A stretch of 64,000 nucleotides of DNA from Candidatus Omnitrophota bacterium (GTDB lineage: Bacteria > Omnitrophota > Gorgyraeia > Duberdicusellales > 4484-171), in contig WJJJ01000026.1 of assembly GCA_014729775.1 (NCBI GenBank), positions 16,948-80,947 on the forward strand, given 5' to 3'. Every line of letters starts with the position of its first letter. Position 1 is the stretch's first letter. The notes beneath the pieces were generated by a model. It was not told the origin of the DNA. It ran no database searches and saw nothing but the letters and a program-made list of their open reading frames with translations. A program made the translations under genes and the position numbers. Below are positions 21,344-30,674 of this stretch, in pieces.

Positions 21344-21739
21344 CTAGTCGTCAGATTCGGTAATCTCTCCAGTTTCCAGATCAATGACGAATGTCGCGCC
21401 GCTTCCGGACGCGGTCACGTCGCTTCCGGAAATGGAGTAATCGTAGTCGTCATCGGTAAAGGACAGCGATACGTCCGTTTCGTCATCCCCGTCAAGGTCG
21501 GCATCAAGGGCGACCTCTCCGGCACCGTCGCCCGAATCTAAAGCGTCGGGCCAGTCTCCGGTCGCCGACTGAATCGCCATGGCGACTTTACGGATTTCCT
21601 GAAGATTACTCTTCGCGCTCGCTTCCTTGGCTTTCTGGACCGATTCCATGTACTGCGGAATAGCGATCACTGCCAGAAGACCTAAGATGATGACTACGAT
21701 CAGCAGTTCCAACAAGGTAAACGCCTTACGCTCTTTCAT
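21344..21739 (-). CDS. Type IV pilin, candidate major pilin
   Basis: RKA^FTLLELLIVVIILGLLAVIAIPQY, own strong promoter upstream. The start is reassigned to ATG 21739. Confidence 0.9.
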   Translation of the reverse strand: MKERKAFTLLELLIVVIILGLLAVIAIPQYMESVQKAKEASAKSNLQEIRKVAMAIQSATGDWPDALDSGDGAGEVALDADLDGDDETDVSLSFTDDDYDYSISGSDVTASGSGATFVIDLETGEITESDD

Positions 21740-21785
21740 ACAAACCCCCTTTTGTGAATAGGTTACGATAAAAAATCCCACTTTA

Positions 21786-21815
21786 TTTATACCATACCCC
21801 GTCACCCGGTGTCAA
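21786..21815 (-). promoter_or_regulatory. Sigma70-type promoter for the pilin cluster
   Basis: Minus strand TTGACA-18 nt-TATAAA with a TG extension. Confidence 0.65.
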
Positions 21816-21830
21816 TCCCGGCGGAAAAAC

Positions 21831-23072
21831 TCACATTCCGCCGCCGCCGAGCTGGGATATGCGGAACATCGGCAGAAACAGGGATACCACCAGACCGCCG
21901 ATCAGCAGTCCCATGACCATGATCATGATCGGTTCGAACGCCGCGATCAGCCGTTCCACGCGGGTCGTCAGTTCTTTCCGATAATGGATGGATATCTTCT
22001 CAAACACCTGGGGCATCGTCCCGGTCTCCTCGCCGATCTTGGCCATTTCGGAGATCAGCAAAGGAAAAATATTCAGATTACGGAATTCATCGGAAAGGGA
22101 CGATCCCTCGCGCACCTTCTCCTTGACGTGAAGAATACTTTTTTCCAGACGGATGTTGCCGATCCCGTGGGCGGCGACTTCCAGGGTATATACCAGAGGC
22201 AGGCCGCTGTCGAGCAGAATGTAGACAGTGGAAGTCAAACGCTCCAGGCAGGCGTAAAAATGAAACGGCCCCAGCAGAGGGATTTTCAGCCGGATCTTAT
22301 CCCAGAGGGGACGGGTCTCCTGCGAGCGCATAAAATAGACCAGCCCGGCGACCGCCGCGATAAACCCGGCAAGCAGAAGAAAAAAATAGGTATTCACGAA
22401 TTTGCCGATCCCGAACACGATTTGCGTGGCCAGGGGCAGATCGACTCCGAAGTTATCGAATAATTCGATGAACTTCGGCAGGATCACCCGGAAAAACACG
22501 AAGACCACGACCACCGCCACGATCATCAACAGCGACGGGTATATCATCGCGCTTTTTATCTTGCGCTCGAATTCGATCCGCATTTCAAGATAATCCGCCA
22601 GTTTTTCGAGCACAAAGGGCAGGTTTCCCGAAGCCTCGCCTACTTCGACTATCCCGCGCCACAACGAAGAGAATACCTTCGGATACTTCCCGATTGCTTC
22701 GCCCAGCGACAGCCCTTCCTTGATCCGTTTGGCGCATTCACGGAGAATTTTTTCCAGTTTCGCGCTTTCGGTCTGAAAGGACAGGATCTCCAGACTCCGC
22801 AGCAGGGTCACCCCGCTGGAGAGCGTAGTGGCAAGATTACGGGCAAAAAAGGTCAGGTCGTATAGTTTCAGTGAATTGCGTTTCCCGCGGCGGCGGCGTA
22901 AAAAACCGGCACCTCCGCCCGCGCCCTTTTTCTCCTTCACTTCTTTGATCGAGATGATGAACAGTCCCCGCGCTCTGAGTTTGCCGATCAGTTCCTGGCG
23001 CGTATTCGCTTCTTCTATATCCCGTATCTTTCGGGCGTCCTGTGTTTTCGCCGAATAAATAAACTGCGGCAT
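21831..23072 (-). CDS. pilC: Type IV pilus/T2SS inner-membrane platform protein
   Basis: GEASGNL, MIYP, LPLAT, IGEETG, EPIMI..FLPMF. Confidence 0.95.
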   Translation of the reverse strand: MPQFIYSAKTQDARKIRDIEEANTRQELIGKLRARGLFIISIKEVKEKKGAGGGAGFLRRRRGKRNSLKLYDLTFFARNLATTLSSGVTLLRSLEILSFQTESAKLEKILRECAKRIKEGLSLGEAIGKYPKVFSSLWRGIVEVGEASGNLPFVLEKLADYLEMRIEFERKIKSAMIYPSLLMIVAVVVVFVFFRVILPKFIELFDNFGVDLPLATQIVFGIGKFVNTYFFLLLAGFIAAVAGLVYFMRSQETRPLWDKIRLKIPLLGPFHFYACLERLTSTVYILLDSGLPLVYTLEVAAHGIGNIRLEKSILHVKEKVREGSSLSDEFRNLNIFPLLISEMAKIGEETGTMPQVFEKISIHYRKELTTRVERLIAAFEPIMIMVMGLLIGGLVVSLFLPMFRISQLGGGGM

Positions 23073-23086
23073 ACGTTCCCCTTTGG

Positions 23087-24796
23087 TTAATACGCGATCG
23101 CCACTGAAAGCACTTCCTCAAGGGAAGTGACCCCTTCTTCAACCCTTTTGATCCCGCTCTCCAGCAGCGACTGGGATCCGTTCTTCCTCGCCGCCGCCAT
23201 GATCTCTCCCGGCGGCGCGTCGCGGGAGATCGCTTCACGGATCGAGTCATCGACATAGATGATTTCGGCCACCACGGTCCGTCCGCGGTACCCCACCATA
23301 TTACACTTTTCACACCCCTTGGGCCGGTAAATCACCGGCACATTGATCTTGACGTTTCGCGGCATATCTTCGGGTTTCACTTCATAGGCTTCTTTGCACT
23401 CCGGACACAAACGCCTCACCAGACGCTGGGCGACGATCAGCCGCAGAGAAGCCACGACCATATACTTAGGCACGCCGATATCGACCAGCCGGTCGATAGT
23501 CGTGGGGGCGTCGTTGGTATGCAGAGTGGAAAGGACCAGGTGGCCGGTAAGCGCCGAACGGATACCGATTTCCGCGGTTTCCAGATCGCGCACCTCCCCC
23601 ACCAGAATGATGTCCGGATCCTGGCGCAGAAACGAGCGCAGGGCGTTGGCGAAAGTAAGACCGATTTCCGGTTTTACCTGAACCTGGTTGATCCCCTGAA
23701 TCCGGTACTCGACCGGATCTTCAATGGTAAGCGTGTTCTTGGCCGACGATTTGATCTCGTTCAGTGCCGAATACAGCGTGGTCGATTTTCCGCTCCCGGT
23801 CGGCCCGACCAGAAAGACCAGCCCATAGGAGGAGGATATACCGTGACGAATCTTCTCCAGCTCATCCGGGAAAAAACCCAGTTTGGCCAAATCCAGCGGC
23901 ACGCGTGATTTATCCAGGATCCGCATGACTACCTTTTCCCCGAAAATCGTGGGCACCGTCGAGACCCGCAGATCGATCAGCCGTTTCATGATCTTGACCA
24001 TGAATCCGCCGTCCTGGGGCAGGCGTTTTTCCGCGATGTCCATTTTGGATAAGATCTTGACGCGGGAGACGATCGGCAAATACAGCGACACCGGCGGCGA
24101 CGGCATTTCATATAACACACCGTCGATACGGTAGCGCAGGGAAAGCTGTCCGTGGTGAGGCTCAATGTGGATATCGGAAGCGCTTTCCTCTATCGCCTGG
24201 CGGATGATCAAATCCACCAGTTTGACTACCGGCGCTTCCTCGGCCCGCGCGATCAGCGTATCCAGACTCAAATCGGTCTCTTCCGAGCCGATCTCCTTGA
24301 TTTCCTCATCGACCGTTTTTTCCACCGCGTCCATAGCTTCGCGGTAAAACTTATCCTTGCCGTAAAAAGATTCAATGGCATGAAGGATGTCGGACTTGGT
24401 ACTCACAACCGGATTTACCTCGCAGCCGGTGAGCTTCTTCAAATTGTCCATCAGGATCAAATCAAGGGGATCAAACATGACCACCGTAAGTGAATTCAGA
24501 CTTTTGGAAAGCGGCAGGACCAGATTCCGGATCGCGAAGTCGTAGGGGATCATGTTTTCCAGATTCTGCTCCGCGGCGGGTTTGAGCTTGCCGGAAGAAA
24601 GAGATACGTAGGGAATGGAAAGCTGCTTACTGAGCGCGATCACGATCTGCTCTTCATTGACATAATCGAGCTGGATCAGCGTTTCGCCCAGTCGTCCGCC
24701 TTCCTTTTTCTGCGCTGAAAGCGCTTCCTTGATCTGATCTTCGGTAACGATCCCTTCTGCGGTGAGAATATCGCCGAGTTTTTTATATCGTGCCAT
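23087..24796 (-). CDS. pilB: Type IV pilus assembly ATPase (PilB/GspE)
   Basis: N-terminal MshEN-like KKLGDIL..RLGETL, ASDIHIEP, GPTGSGKSTT, RQDPDIILVGE, and CxxC..CxxC. Confidence 0.96.
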   Translation of the reverse strand: MARYKKLGDILTAEGIVTEDQIKEALSAQKKEGGRLGETLIQLDYVNEEQIVIALSKQLSIPYVSLSSGKLKPAAEQNLENMIPYDFAIRNLVLPLSKSLNSLTVVMFDPLDLILMDNLKKLTGCEVNPVVSTKSDILHAIESFYGKDKFYREAMDAVEKTVDEEIKEIGSEETDLSLDTLIARAEEAPVVKLVDLIIRQAIEESASDIHIEPHHGQLSLRYRIDGVLYEMPSPPVSLYLPIVSRVKILSKMDIAEKRLPQDGGFMVKIMKRLIDLRVSTVPTIFGEKVVMRILDKSRVPLDLAKLGFFPDELEKIRHGISSSYGLVFLVGPTGSGKSTTLYSALNEIKSSAKNTLTIEDPVEYRIQGINQVQVKPEIGLTFANALRSFLRQDPDIILVGEVRDLETAEIGIRSALTGHLVLSTLHTNDAPTTIDRLVDIGVPKYMVVASLRLIVAQRLVRRLCPECKEAYEVKPEDMPRNVKINVPVIYRPKGCEKCNMVGYRGRTVVAEIIYVDDSIREAISRDAPPGEIMAAARKNGSQSLLESGIKRVEEGVTSLEEVLSVAIAY

Positions 24797-24844
24797 ACCT
24801 TCTTTCCGTTGAGAAAGAATGTGCCGCGCGCCTGCGATCGCTAC

Positions 24845-26386
24845 TCACCGGGCGTATCGGTCAAGCGTCTGCTCAATGAGCACGCGTTTTTGCGGATTAT
24901 ACTGTTCGCGATGCGGCATCATCGTTTTCTGCGCTAACTGCCTGGTTTTTTCTTCAAGCACGTGCGGCGTCAGGAACACGAGAAGTTCACGCTCCTGCAC
25001 GTCCTGGTTTTTCCACCGGAAAAAACGTCCCAAAAAGGGCACATCACCCAAAATCGGCACTTTAGTATTGTTTTTCGTGGACTCGGTCTTAATTAGTCCG
25101 CCGATCAGCAGAGTCTCGCCGTTCTCAAGACGGGCGATCGCGGTCGCCGACCGTTCCTCGGGATCCTTAATGCTTCCCGCAATAAACGCCTCCGCGGTCT
25201 CGGTCCCCAGCGTAAATCCGCTGTCTTTCGCTTCCCGAACCACCGCTTCCACAAACAGGGTGATCTCGTCGTTCTCGTGATTCACCTGCGGCGTGACCCG
25301 GAGCCGGGTCCCGGTCTGCGCACGTTCGGTGGTAAAGGTCGTTCTGTCGGTATCTCCCGACTCCTCGCGTGTCACTCCGATCGCCTCATCGGTCGTGATC
25401 TGAATTTCCGCGGTCTGATTGGCCAGGGTAAGAATCCGCGGCCGGGCCAGAGATTTGGTATCCGACAAACTGCGCAGAAAATTCAGCACCAGATCAGCCC
25501 CCACCACGGTCAGGACCGTGGGAGTGAACGAGCCCGCGGGGTTTCCGCTGAATTCCCAGTTATCCAGGATAGCTCCTTCCTGCACGTCAAATGAGCCGTA
25601 GTTCGGCGTCGCCGAATACTCGCCGAACGGGAACCGGGTAAATCTCGTTCCCGATACTCCCAGCGAGACCAGGCTGTCCGGCCAGTTGACTCCCATTTTA
25701 TCGATGTTGCGCTTGGACACGTCCAGCATTTCCACCTCGATCATCACCCGCTTCGGTGATCTGTCCAGCCGGTAAATCACCTCGTCGATCATGGGAAACT
25801 GCGCGGGCACATCCACGACGATCAGAGAATTGGTGATCGGATCCTCGCTCACTCTTCCGAATTCGCTGAGCACGGTCTCCACCGCTTTTTTCAGCCCGAT
25901 GAGTTCTTCCTGATCGCCTTCTTCACCCTCTTCTCCTTCTTCGCCTTCTTCCTCCCCGGTACCCATCACGGAATCGATTTCGGTTTTCATCCGGGTGGAA
26001 TCCACGCGCAGATATTTGAGCTGATACACCTTGGTTTTCAGCTCGATGGTCGGCTTGCCCATCTCCTTGACCACGAACACATTGGCCTCCGGATAAAAAT
26101 CGTAGGTAAGATTGTTCGCTTTAAAAATGATATCCAGCGCTTCCTTTAACGGCACGTCCTCCAGATAGAGCACCAGCTTTCGGTCCTGCACCGCTTCGGT
26201 GGAAACGAAATTCAAACCGGTCTGCTGGGAAAGCATCTTGAGCACCCCCACCAGACGCGCGCCTTCCAGATCAAGAGAAACCCGTTTCTTGACGCCGGCG
26301 ATCAGGTAATCACCGTACATGGAATCCTGAGCCCCGGCACTCAGGCCGACGGTAAGCAACAGCAATAAAACGAGCAGTCTTTTCAT
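24845..26386 (-). CDS. pilQ: Secretin (PilQ/GspD family)
   Basis: Signal peptide, N0/N3 domains (DPITNSLIV), VMIEVEM, LRVTPQV, KVPILGDVPFLGRFFR, ELLVFLTP. Confidence 0.93.
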   Translation of the reverse strand: MKRLLVLLLLLTVGLSAGAQDSMYGDYLIAGVKKRVSLDLEGARLVGVLKMLSQQTGLNFVSTEAVQDRKLVLYLEDVPLKEALDIIFKANNLTYDFYPEANVFVVKEMGKPTIELKTKVYQLKYLRVDSTRMKTEIDSVMGTGEEEGEEGEEGEEGDQEELIGLKKAVETVLSEFGRVSEDPITNSLIVVDVPAQFPMIDEVIYRLDRSPKRVMIEVEMLDVSKRNIDKMGVNWPDSLVSLGVSGTRFTRFPFGEYSATPNYGSFDVQEGAILDNWEFSGNPAGSFTPTVLTVVGADLVLNFLRSLSDTKSLARPRILTLANQTAEIQITTDEAIGVTREESGDTDRTTFTTERAQTGTRLRVTPQVNHENDEITLFVEAVVREAKDSGFTLGTETAEAFIAGSIKDPEERSATAIARLENGETLLIGGLIKTESTKNNTKVPILGDVPFLGRFFRWKNQDVQERELLVFLTPHVLEEKTRQLAQKTMMPHREQYNPQKRVLIEQTLDRYAR

Positions 26387-26417
26387 TATTCCTCCTTCAA
26401 ATTGGGAATACGATTCG

Positions 26418-26822
26418 TTATTTGGTCACCCCGCGCTTAAATAACTTTCCCCGGTACATAAAAAACACGTTATTTTCTTCGATCTTGAACACCGTCGCCT
26501 CGGCGTCATTATAATACACCGTTTCGCCGACCGCGTATACATCGTCGTTGATCAGGGCCCGCGGCGTATCAGTACCCCATAAAATCCCCTGCACCGGGAT
26601 AGACGGCAGTACGATCGTTTCCGGCTCGGGTTCACCCTGCGGCCCTCCCGGCTCCTCGGGCAGTAATGATTTAAACGGATCGCGTTCGACCGCCGGAATA
26701 CTCAGGGGGACATCGGACACCTGCGCCAGCCCCGCGCGTTCCCCCCGCCACACGCCCGTAAAGGCCAAGGCCGCGGTCAGCGATAGGATCACTCCGGCTT
26801 TATGACACCACAATCTCATCAT
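26418..26822 (-). CDS. PilP-like pilus assembly protein
   Basis: RDPF motif, GILW...RALIND..VGE. Position between pilO and pilQ. Confidence 0.7.
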   Translation of the reverse strand: MMRLWCHKAGVILSLTAALAFTGVWRGERAGLAQVSDVPLSIPAVERDPFKSLLPEEPGGPQGEPEPETIVLPSIPVQGILWGTDTPRALINDDVYAVGETVYYNDAEATVFKIEENNVFFMYRGKLFKRGVTK

Positions 26823-27313
26823 TCCCCCTGCAGGACATAATACCCGACCAGATCGGCGCGTACCCGCTTGCCGCCGTTCCGGGCCTCACGCACCGTCATG
26901 GTCTTCACCTGGATATTCTTGTGCTCCACCGTATTTACGAACTCCAGAATATCGGTGTACGTTTCGGAAGTGAATTCAAGATAAATTTCCGACACCCCGT
27001 ACCCGTCCTCTTCCCGCTGTTTGGGACGCAGCGCCTCCATATCGACCCCGCTCTCATACGCCGCCTGCTCCACGAAGCGTTTATACTCAATGGGATCGGA
27101 AAAGGCGAACGCTTCGCGCAGAGCCCCGAATTCTTTGTTCACACGTCTCCAGGACGCGATCATCTCCTGTCCCTCTTTCACCTCTTCGACCTGGCGGTTG
27201 ACCGCCTCAAGATCTCCTGCGTATTTCTTGTAGACGCCGTGTACGACAAACGCGGTCACTACCGCGAGCGTCACCACGATAAACACATTTTTATATTCCG
27301 ACAGACGGTTCAT
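26819..27313 (-). CDS. PilO/GspM-like protein
   Basis: N-terminal TM, coiled coil, ferredoxin-like C-terminus (YTDILEFVNTVE). Operon position. Confidence 0.7.
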   Translation of the reverse strand: MNRLSEYKNVFIVVTLAVVTAFVVHGVYKKYAGDLEAVNRQVEEVKEGQEMIASWRRVNKEFGALREAFAFSDPIEYKRFVEQAAYESGVDMEALRPKQREEDGYGVSEIYLEFTSETYTDILEFVNTVEHKNIQVKTMTVREARNGGKRVRADLVGYYVLQGE

Positions 27314-28797
27314 TTCTCCTCCATCCGAATTTCGAACGAAGTCACTTCATATTCATTTTGCGCGTTCCGTGTCGATGAAACCATCTCCACCGATCCGAAC
27401 AGCCCGAATCGAGAGTTGTGCTCCCGGAGTTCCCGTACGAATTCATCGATACTGACCCGCTCCTTCAGGCTGTCGCCGAGGAACGAAAATCCCGATACAC
27501 TTCCTTGATATCCGTTCTCCCGTTTGGTCAACCGTATTTCATTGAGCCATATGCCGTCGGGCAGTACGTCCGGCAGATTATTGAAAAAGGAACTGGTCCG
27601 TTTGAATTTATCCTGAAGACGCCGAAGGACCGTCACTTCGTTGCGGCGCGACTGCAGACGCTGTGCCCGGTCTTCCCAGGAGAGCCCGCGGAATTCCTCG
27701 GGCAGATTCAGCGCGGCTTCCATTTTGTTCAGCTTCAGCTTCTGGTCAAAGATCACGTTACTGAAAAGCACCGCCACCAGGACCGACGCAAGGATCCCCA
27801 CGCCCAGCACGATCCCGATCGCCAGGTAATTGATCCCCACCCTGGTAGGTTCCATCGACTGCTGTATTTTTACTTCCTCTTCCTTGGTTTCCTGCAATTC
27901 GGGCGAAAACTTGTAGGGGAAAGTTTCCCGACCGGCGGTCCCCAGCGCTTTTGCCCCCTCGACCTCGTTCACCCGATCGTCGATTTCAGTCGCCAGTACC
28001 GCGGATATGTCCAGCTGGAGATCCTCTTTCAACGCAGCAATGATGTCCTCCCGCGGCGTATCGGTCACTACCACCAGTTTATTGATGGAATAGGCCCGGA
28101 ATTCCCGCAGAAAATACTGAAAAGAGAGTCTCACCGACTCGGTGTATTTGCCCGTGTCGAACTCACCCTCCTGTTCCACCGCCAAATAGCGGTTAAATAC
28201 CGGCAGTTCGTTATAGAAGAAGGTCAGATACGACTCGTGCCGGGTAAGATCGAGCACGGCAAAATTTTTCAAGCCTGAATATTTTTTCACTGACTTGAGC
28301 GTCCGTACCAGCGCGATACAAGCCGGTTCGATGATGGTCGGGGTAAGGTCAAGGTGAGAAAAGATCGTCTGGACTTTCCGGTAATTCTCCTGCTTTATCC
28401 CGATAAAACAGACCATCAGCTTTTTTTCCTTCGCCAGACGGGCGTAGCTGTAATCCCAGATCAGTTCGGTCACCTTAAAGGGAATATGTTTTTCGATCTC
28501 GTACATGAGCGAGGCGCTGAGTTCGTTCTTGTTCATCATCGGCATTTCGAACGAACGGAAGATGAAATCCCGGTCGCCGAGGGCGACGCTCACGTCTTTT
28601 TCGTCACTGTGAATCTGACGGAGGGTTTTATTGATCAGGGCTTCCCATTTGACGTCTTCGCTCAATGTTTCGACCTGTGCGTCCTCCTCAAGAGAAGAGA
28701 GATCGAACTTTGCCGCGGCCAGGGCGCGCTTGGCTTCGGCCAGAACCGCCCCGATCGAATTCACGCCCAAATAAATACCGAGATTTTTTCGTGCCAT
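27310..28797 (-). CDS. PilM-PilN fusion (GspL-like architecture)
   Basis: LGIYLG, FRSFEMP, EIEKHIPF..DY (PilM-like), one TM, then LPDGIWLNEI (PilN-like). Confidence 0.8.
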   Translation of the reverse strand: MARKNLGIYLGVNSIGAVLAEAKRALAAAKFDLSSLEEDAQVETLSEDVKWEALINKTLRQIHSDEKDVSVALGDRDFIFRSFEMPMMNKNELSASLMYEIEKHIPFKVTELIWDYSYARLAKEKKLMVCFIGIKQENYRKVQTIFSHLDLTPTIIEPACIALVRTLKSVKKYSGLKNFAVLDLTRHESYLTFFYNELPVFNRYLAVEQEGEFDTGKYTESVRLSFQYFLREFRAYSINKLVVVTDTPREDIIAALKEDLQLDISAVLATEIDDRVNEVEGAKALGTAGRETFPYKFSPELQETKEEEVKIQQSMEPTRVGINYLAIGIVLGVGILASVLVAVLFSNVIFDQKLKLNKMEAALNLPEEFRGLSWEDRAQRLQSRRNEVTVLRRLQDKFKRTSSFFNNLPDVLPDGIWLNEIRLTKRENGYQGSVSGFSFLGDSLKERVSIDEFVRELREHNSRFGLFGSVEMVSSTRNAQNEYEVTSFEIRMEEK

Positions 28798-28988
28798 CAG
28801 CCCTCTTTCGATTTACAGCTCTTCAGCCACTCGTCGATATACTTTCGGTCGAACCGCCACACCTTCCCGATTTTGATCCCTGAAATCTTCTTCTGATGCA
28901 GCCAGTTGTAGATCGTCTGCTTCTTCAGCCCGAGATAATCGGCAAGCTCGTCGACACTCATCAGGCGGGATGTTTTGTTTTTCTTCAT
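28797..28988 (-). CDS. Excisionase-family (HTH_17, MerR-like) small DNA-binding protein
   Basis: LMSVDELADYLGLKKQTIYNW..IKIGKVWRFDR..IDEWL. Its stop overlaps the pilM start. Confidence 0.9.
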   Translation of the reverse strand: MKKNKTSRLMSVDELADYLGLKKQTIYNWLHQKKISGIKIGKVWRFDRKYIDEWLKSCKSKEG

Positions 28989-28989
28989 C

Positions 28990-29175
28990 TGTACTCTTTT
29001 TCTTACTTTTACTATAATCTCTATACATATTCATTTAAATATTTTTATTTAATAAAGTCAAGTAATTTTTATCATCTTTTTACGCGGTTTTCCTATATAT
29101 TGTGGTTTTCAATCCCCCCCCCGATATATAGGGCATAAAAATGCTCCCACGACCCGCTGTTTCTATATAGGTATT
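28990..29175 (-). promoter_or_regulatory. AT-rich control region of the pilus operon with palindromic boxes
   Basis: -35 TTGACT at 29056-29061 with weak -10 TTAAAT. Inverted repeat CCTATATAT (29092-29100) / ATATATAGG (29124-29132) around C9. Confidence 0.6.
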
Positions 29176-29219
29176 AATGGAGAAAACAGGCCGAACCCAC
29201 ACGGAAGCGGACCGCGCCT

Positions 29220-30674
29220 TTACCGGCCGGCGGCGGGGTTCCATTTCACCTCAAGCGCCCGTGCCGCCCGTGCTTCATCGACCCGTCCGCCCGGCCGGGA
29301 AAGAGGTGCCCGGAGAAGCCGGTCGGGTTCCTCCCGCGCCTCACGGCAAATGGCCCGCACTGCCTCGATGAACCGGTCCAGAGTCTCTTTGGATTCGGTT
29401 TCGGTTGGTTCGACCATCAAGGCTTCTTTGACGATAAGAGGGAAATACATGGTAGGCGGATGAATTCCGTAATCAATAAGTCTCTTGGCGACGTCATAGG
29501 CCCTCACCCCTCTTCCTGCCAGCGACGCACAGGAAAAAACCGCCTCATGCATGCAGGCGCGGTCATAGGGCACATCCAGCACCTCTTTGAGCATCCTCTG
29601 TACATAGTTGGCGTTGAGCACCGCGTGTTCGGACATTCTCCGCAGCCCCGCGCCTCCCAATCTCAATACATAGGCGTAGGCCCTGACGCAGACGAGAAAA
29701 TTGCCGTAAAAGCTGCGGATCGTCCCGATAGTTTCCGGCGACCCTTGAGACCAGGAATACCGGCCGTCGCGCCGTTCAATGCGGGGAACGGGAAGATAGG
29801 CACGCAAGCGCTCAGTCACTCCCACGACCCCCGCGCCGGGCCCGCCGCAGCCATGAGGCGTGGAAAATGTTTTATGTAAATTAAGATGCATCACGTCAAA
29901 TCCCATGGCCCGGGGCGCCCCGATCCCGGCCAGCGCGTTGAAATTAGCCCCGTCATAATACAACAGCGCGCCTTTCTCATGAGCCATACGCTTCAGTTCA
30001 GAGATTTCCTCTTCGAATATCCCCAGCGTGTTGGGATTGGTGAGCATCACCGCGGCGGTCTGTTCGTTCAGCGCCCGGGAGAACGCCCGCGCGTCCACGC
30101 AGCCTCCGGAGTTACTGGGCACGACGACGGTCGCATATCCGCACATCGCCGCGCTTGCCGGATTTGTTCCGTGCGCGGAATCCGGAACGAGCACGTGGGT
30201 TTTCTTTACTCCCCGCTGTTCATGATACTTGCGGATCATCATCATGCCGGTAAATTCACCGTGCGCCCCGCTGGAAGGGATCAGGCTGAAATAATCCATG
30301 CCGGTGATCGCGCACAGACAGCGTTCCAATTCATAGAGCAGTCCCAGCGCGCCCTGAACGCTGTCCTCCGGCTGGTAGGGATGTAAATCGCGCAGTCCCT
30401 CCAGCGCGGCCGCCTGTTCGTGAAGACGGGGATTGTGCTTCATGGTGCATGAACCGAGAGGATAAAAATTACCGTCCACGGAAAAATTATTTGCGGCCAG
30501 CGCGCTGAAATGGCGAACGGTTTCCCGCTCTCCCGGATCGGGCAGGGGCAGCGTCTCCCGCAGGAGTTTTCGGGGAAAAATGTCGGTCAGGGATACGTCC
30601 GGAACCCCGCTGTCCGGAACATAGGTAGGCGCTTCGCTCCCGGAATATCGATCAAACACGAACCTGTCCACCAT
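29220..30674 (-). CDS. gcvPB: Glycine dehydrogenase subunit 2 (P-beta)
   Basis: YPLGSCTMK, SAHGTNPASA, PLP Lys in HLNLHKTFSTPHG, EPTETE. Confidence 0.97.
   Translation of the reverse strand: MVDRFVFDRYSGSEAPTYVPDSGVPDVSLTDIFPRKLLRETLPLPDPGERETVRHFSALAANNFSVDGNFYPLGSCTMKHNPRLHEQAAALEGLRDLHPYQPEDSVQGALGLLYELERCLCAITGMDYFSLIPSSGAHGEFTGMMMIRKYHEQRGVKKTHVLVPDSAHGTNPASAAMCGYATVVVPSNSGGCVDARAFSRALNEQTAAVMLTNPNTLGIFEEEISELKRMAHEKGALLYYDGANFNALAGIGAPRAMGFDVMHLNLHKTFSTPHGCGGPGAGVVGVTERLRAYLPVPRIERRDGRYSWSQGSPETIGTIRSFYGNFLVCVRAYAYVLRLGGAGLRRMSEHAVLNANYVQRMLKEVLDVPYDRACMHEAVFSCASLAGRGVRAYDVAKRLIDYGIHPPTMYFPLIVKEALMVEPTETESKETLDRFIEAVRAICREAREEPDRLLRAPLSRPGGRVDEARAARALEVKWNPAAGR

Noticed and set aside
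18974-21739. Pilin repeat pair as a diversity-generating retroelement TR/VR
   Set aside because: Mismatches are mostly third-position C/T changes rather than adenine-specific, both copies are intact genes, and no reverse transcriptase is in the window.
28797-29219. Excisionase plus AT-rich region as a prophage/ICE boundary or oriC
   Set aside because: No integrase, tRNA, att repeats or good DnaA boxes, and no change of gene strand across it.
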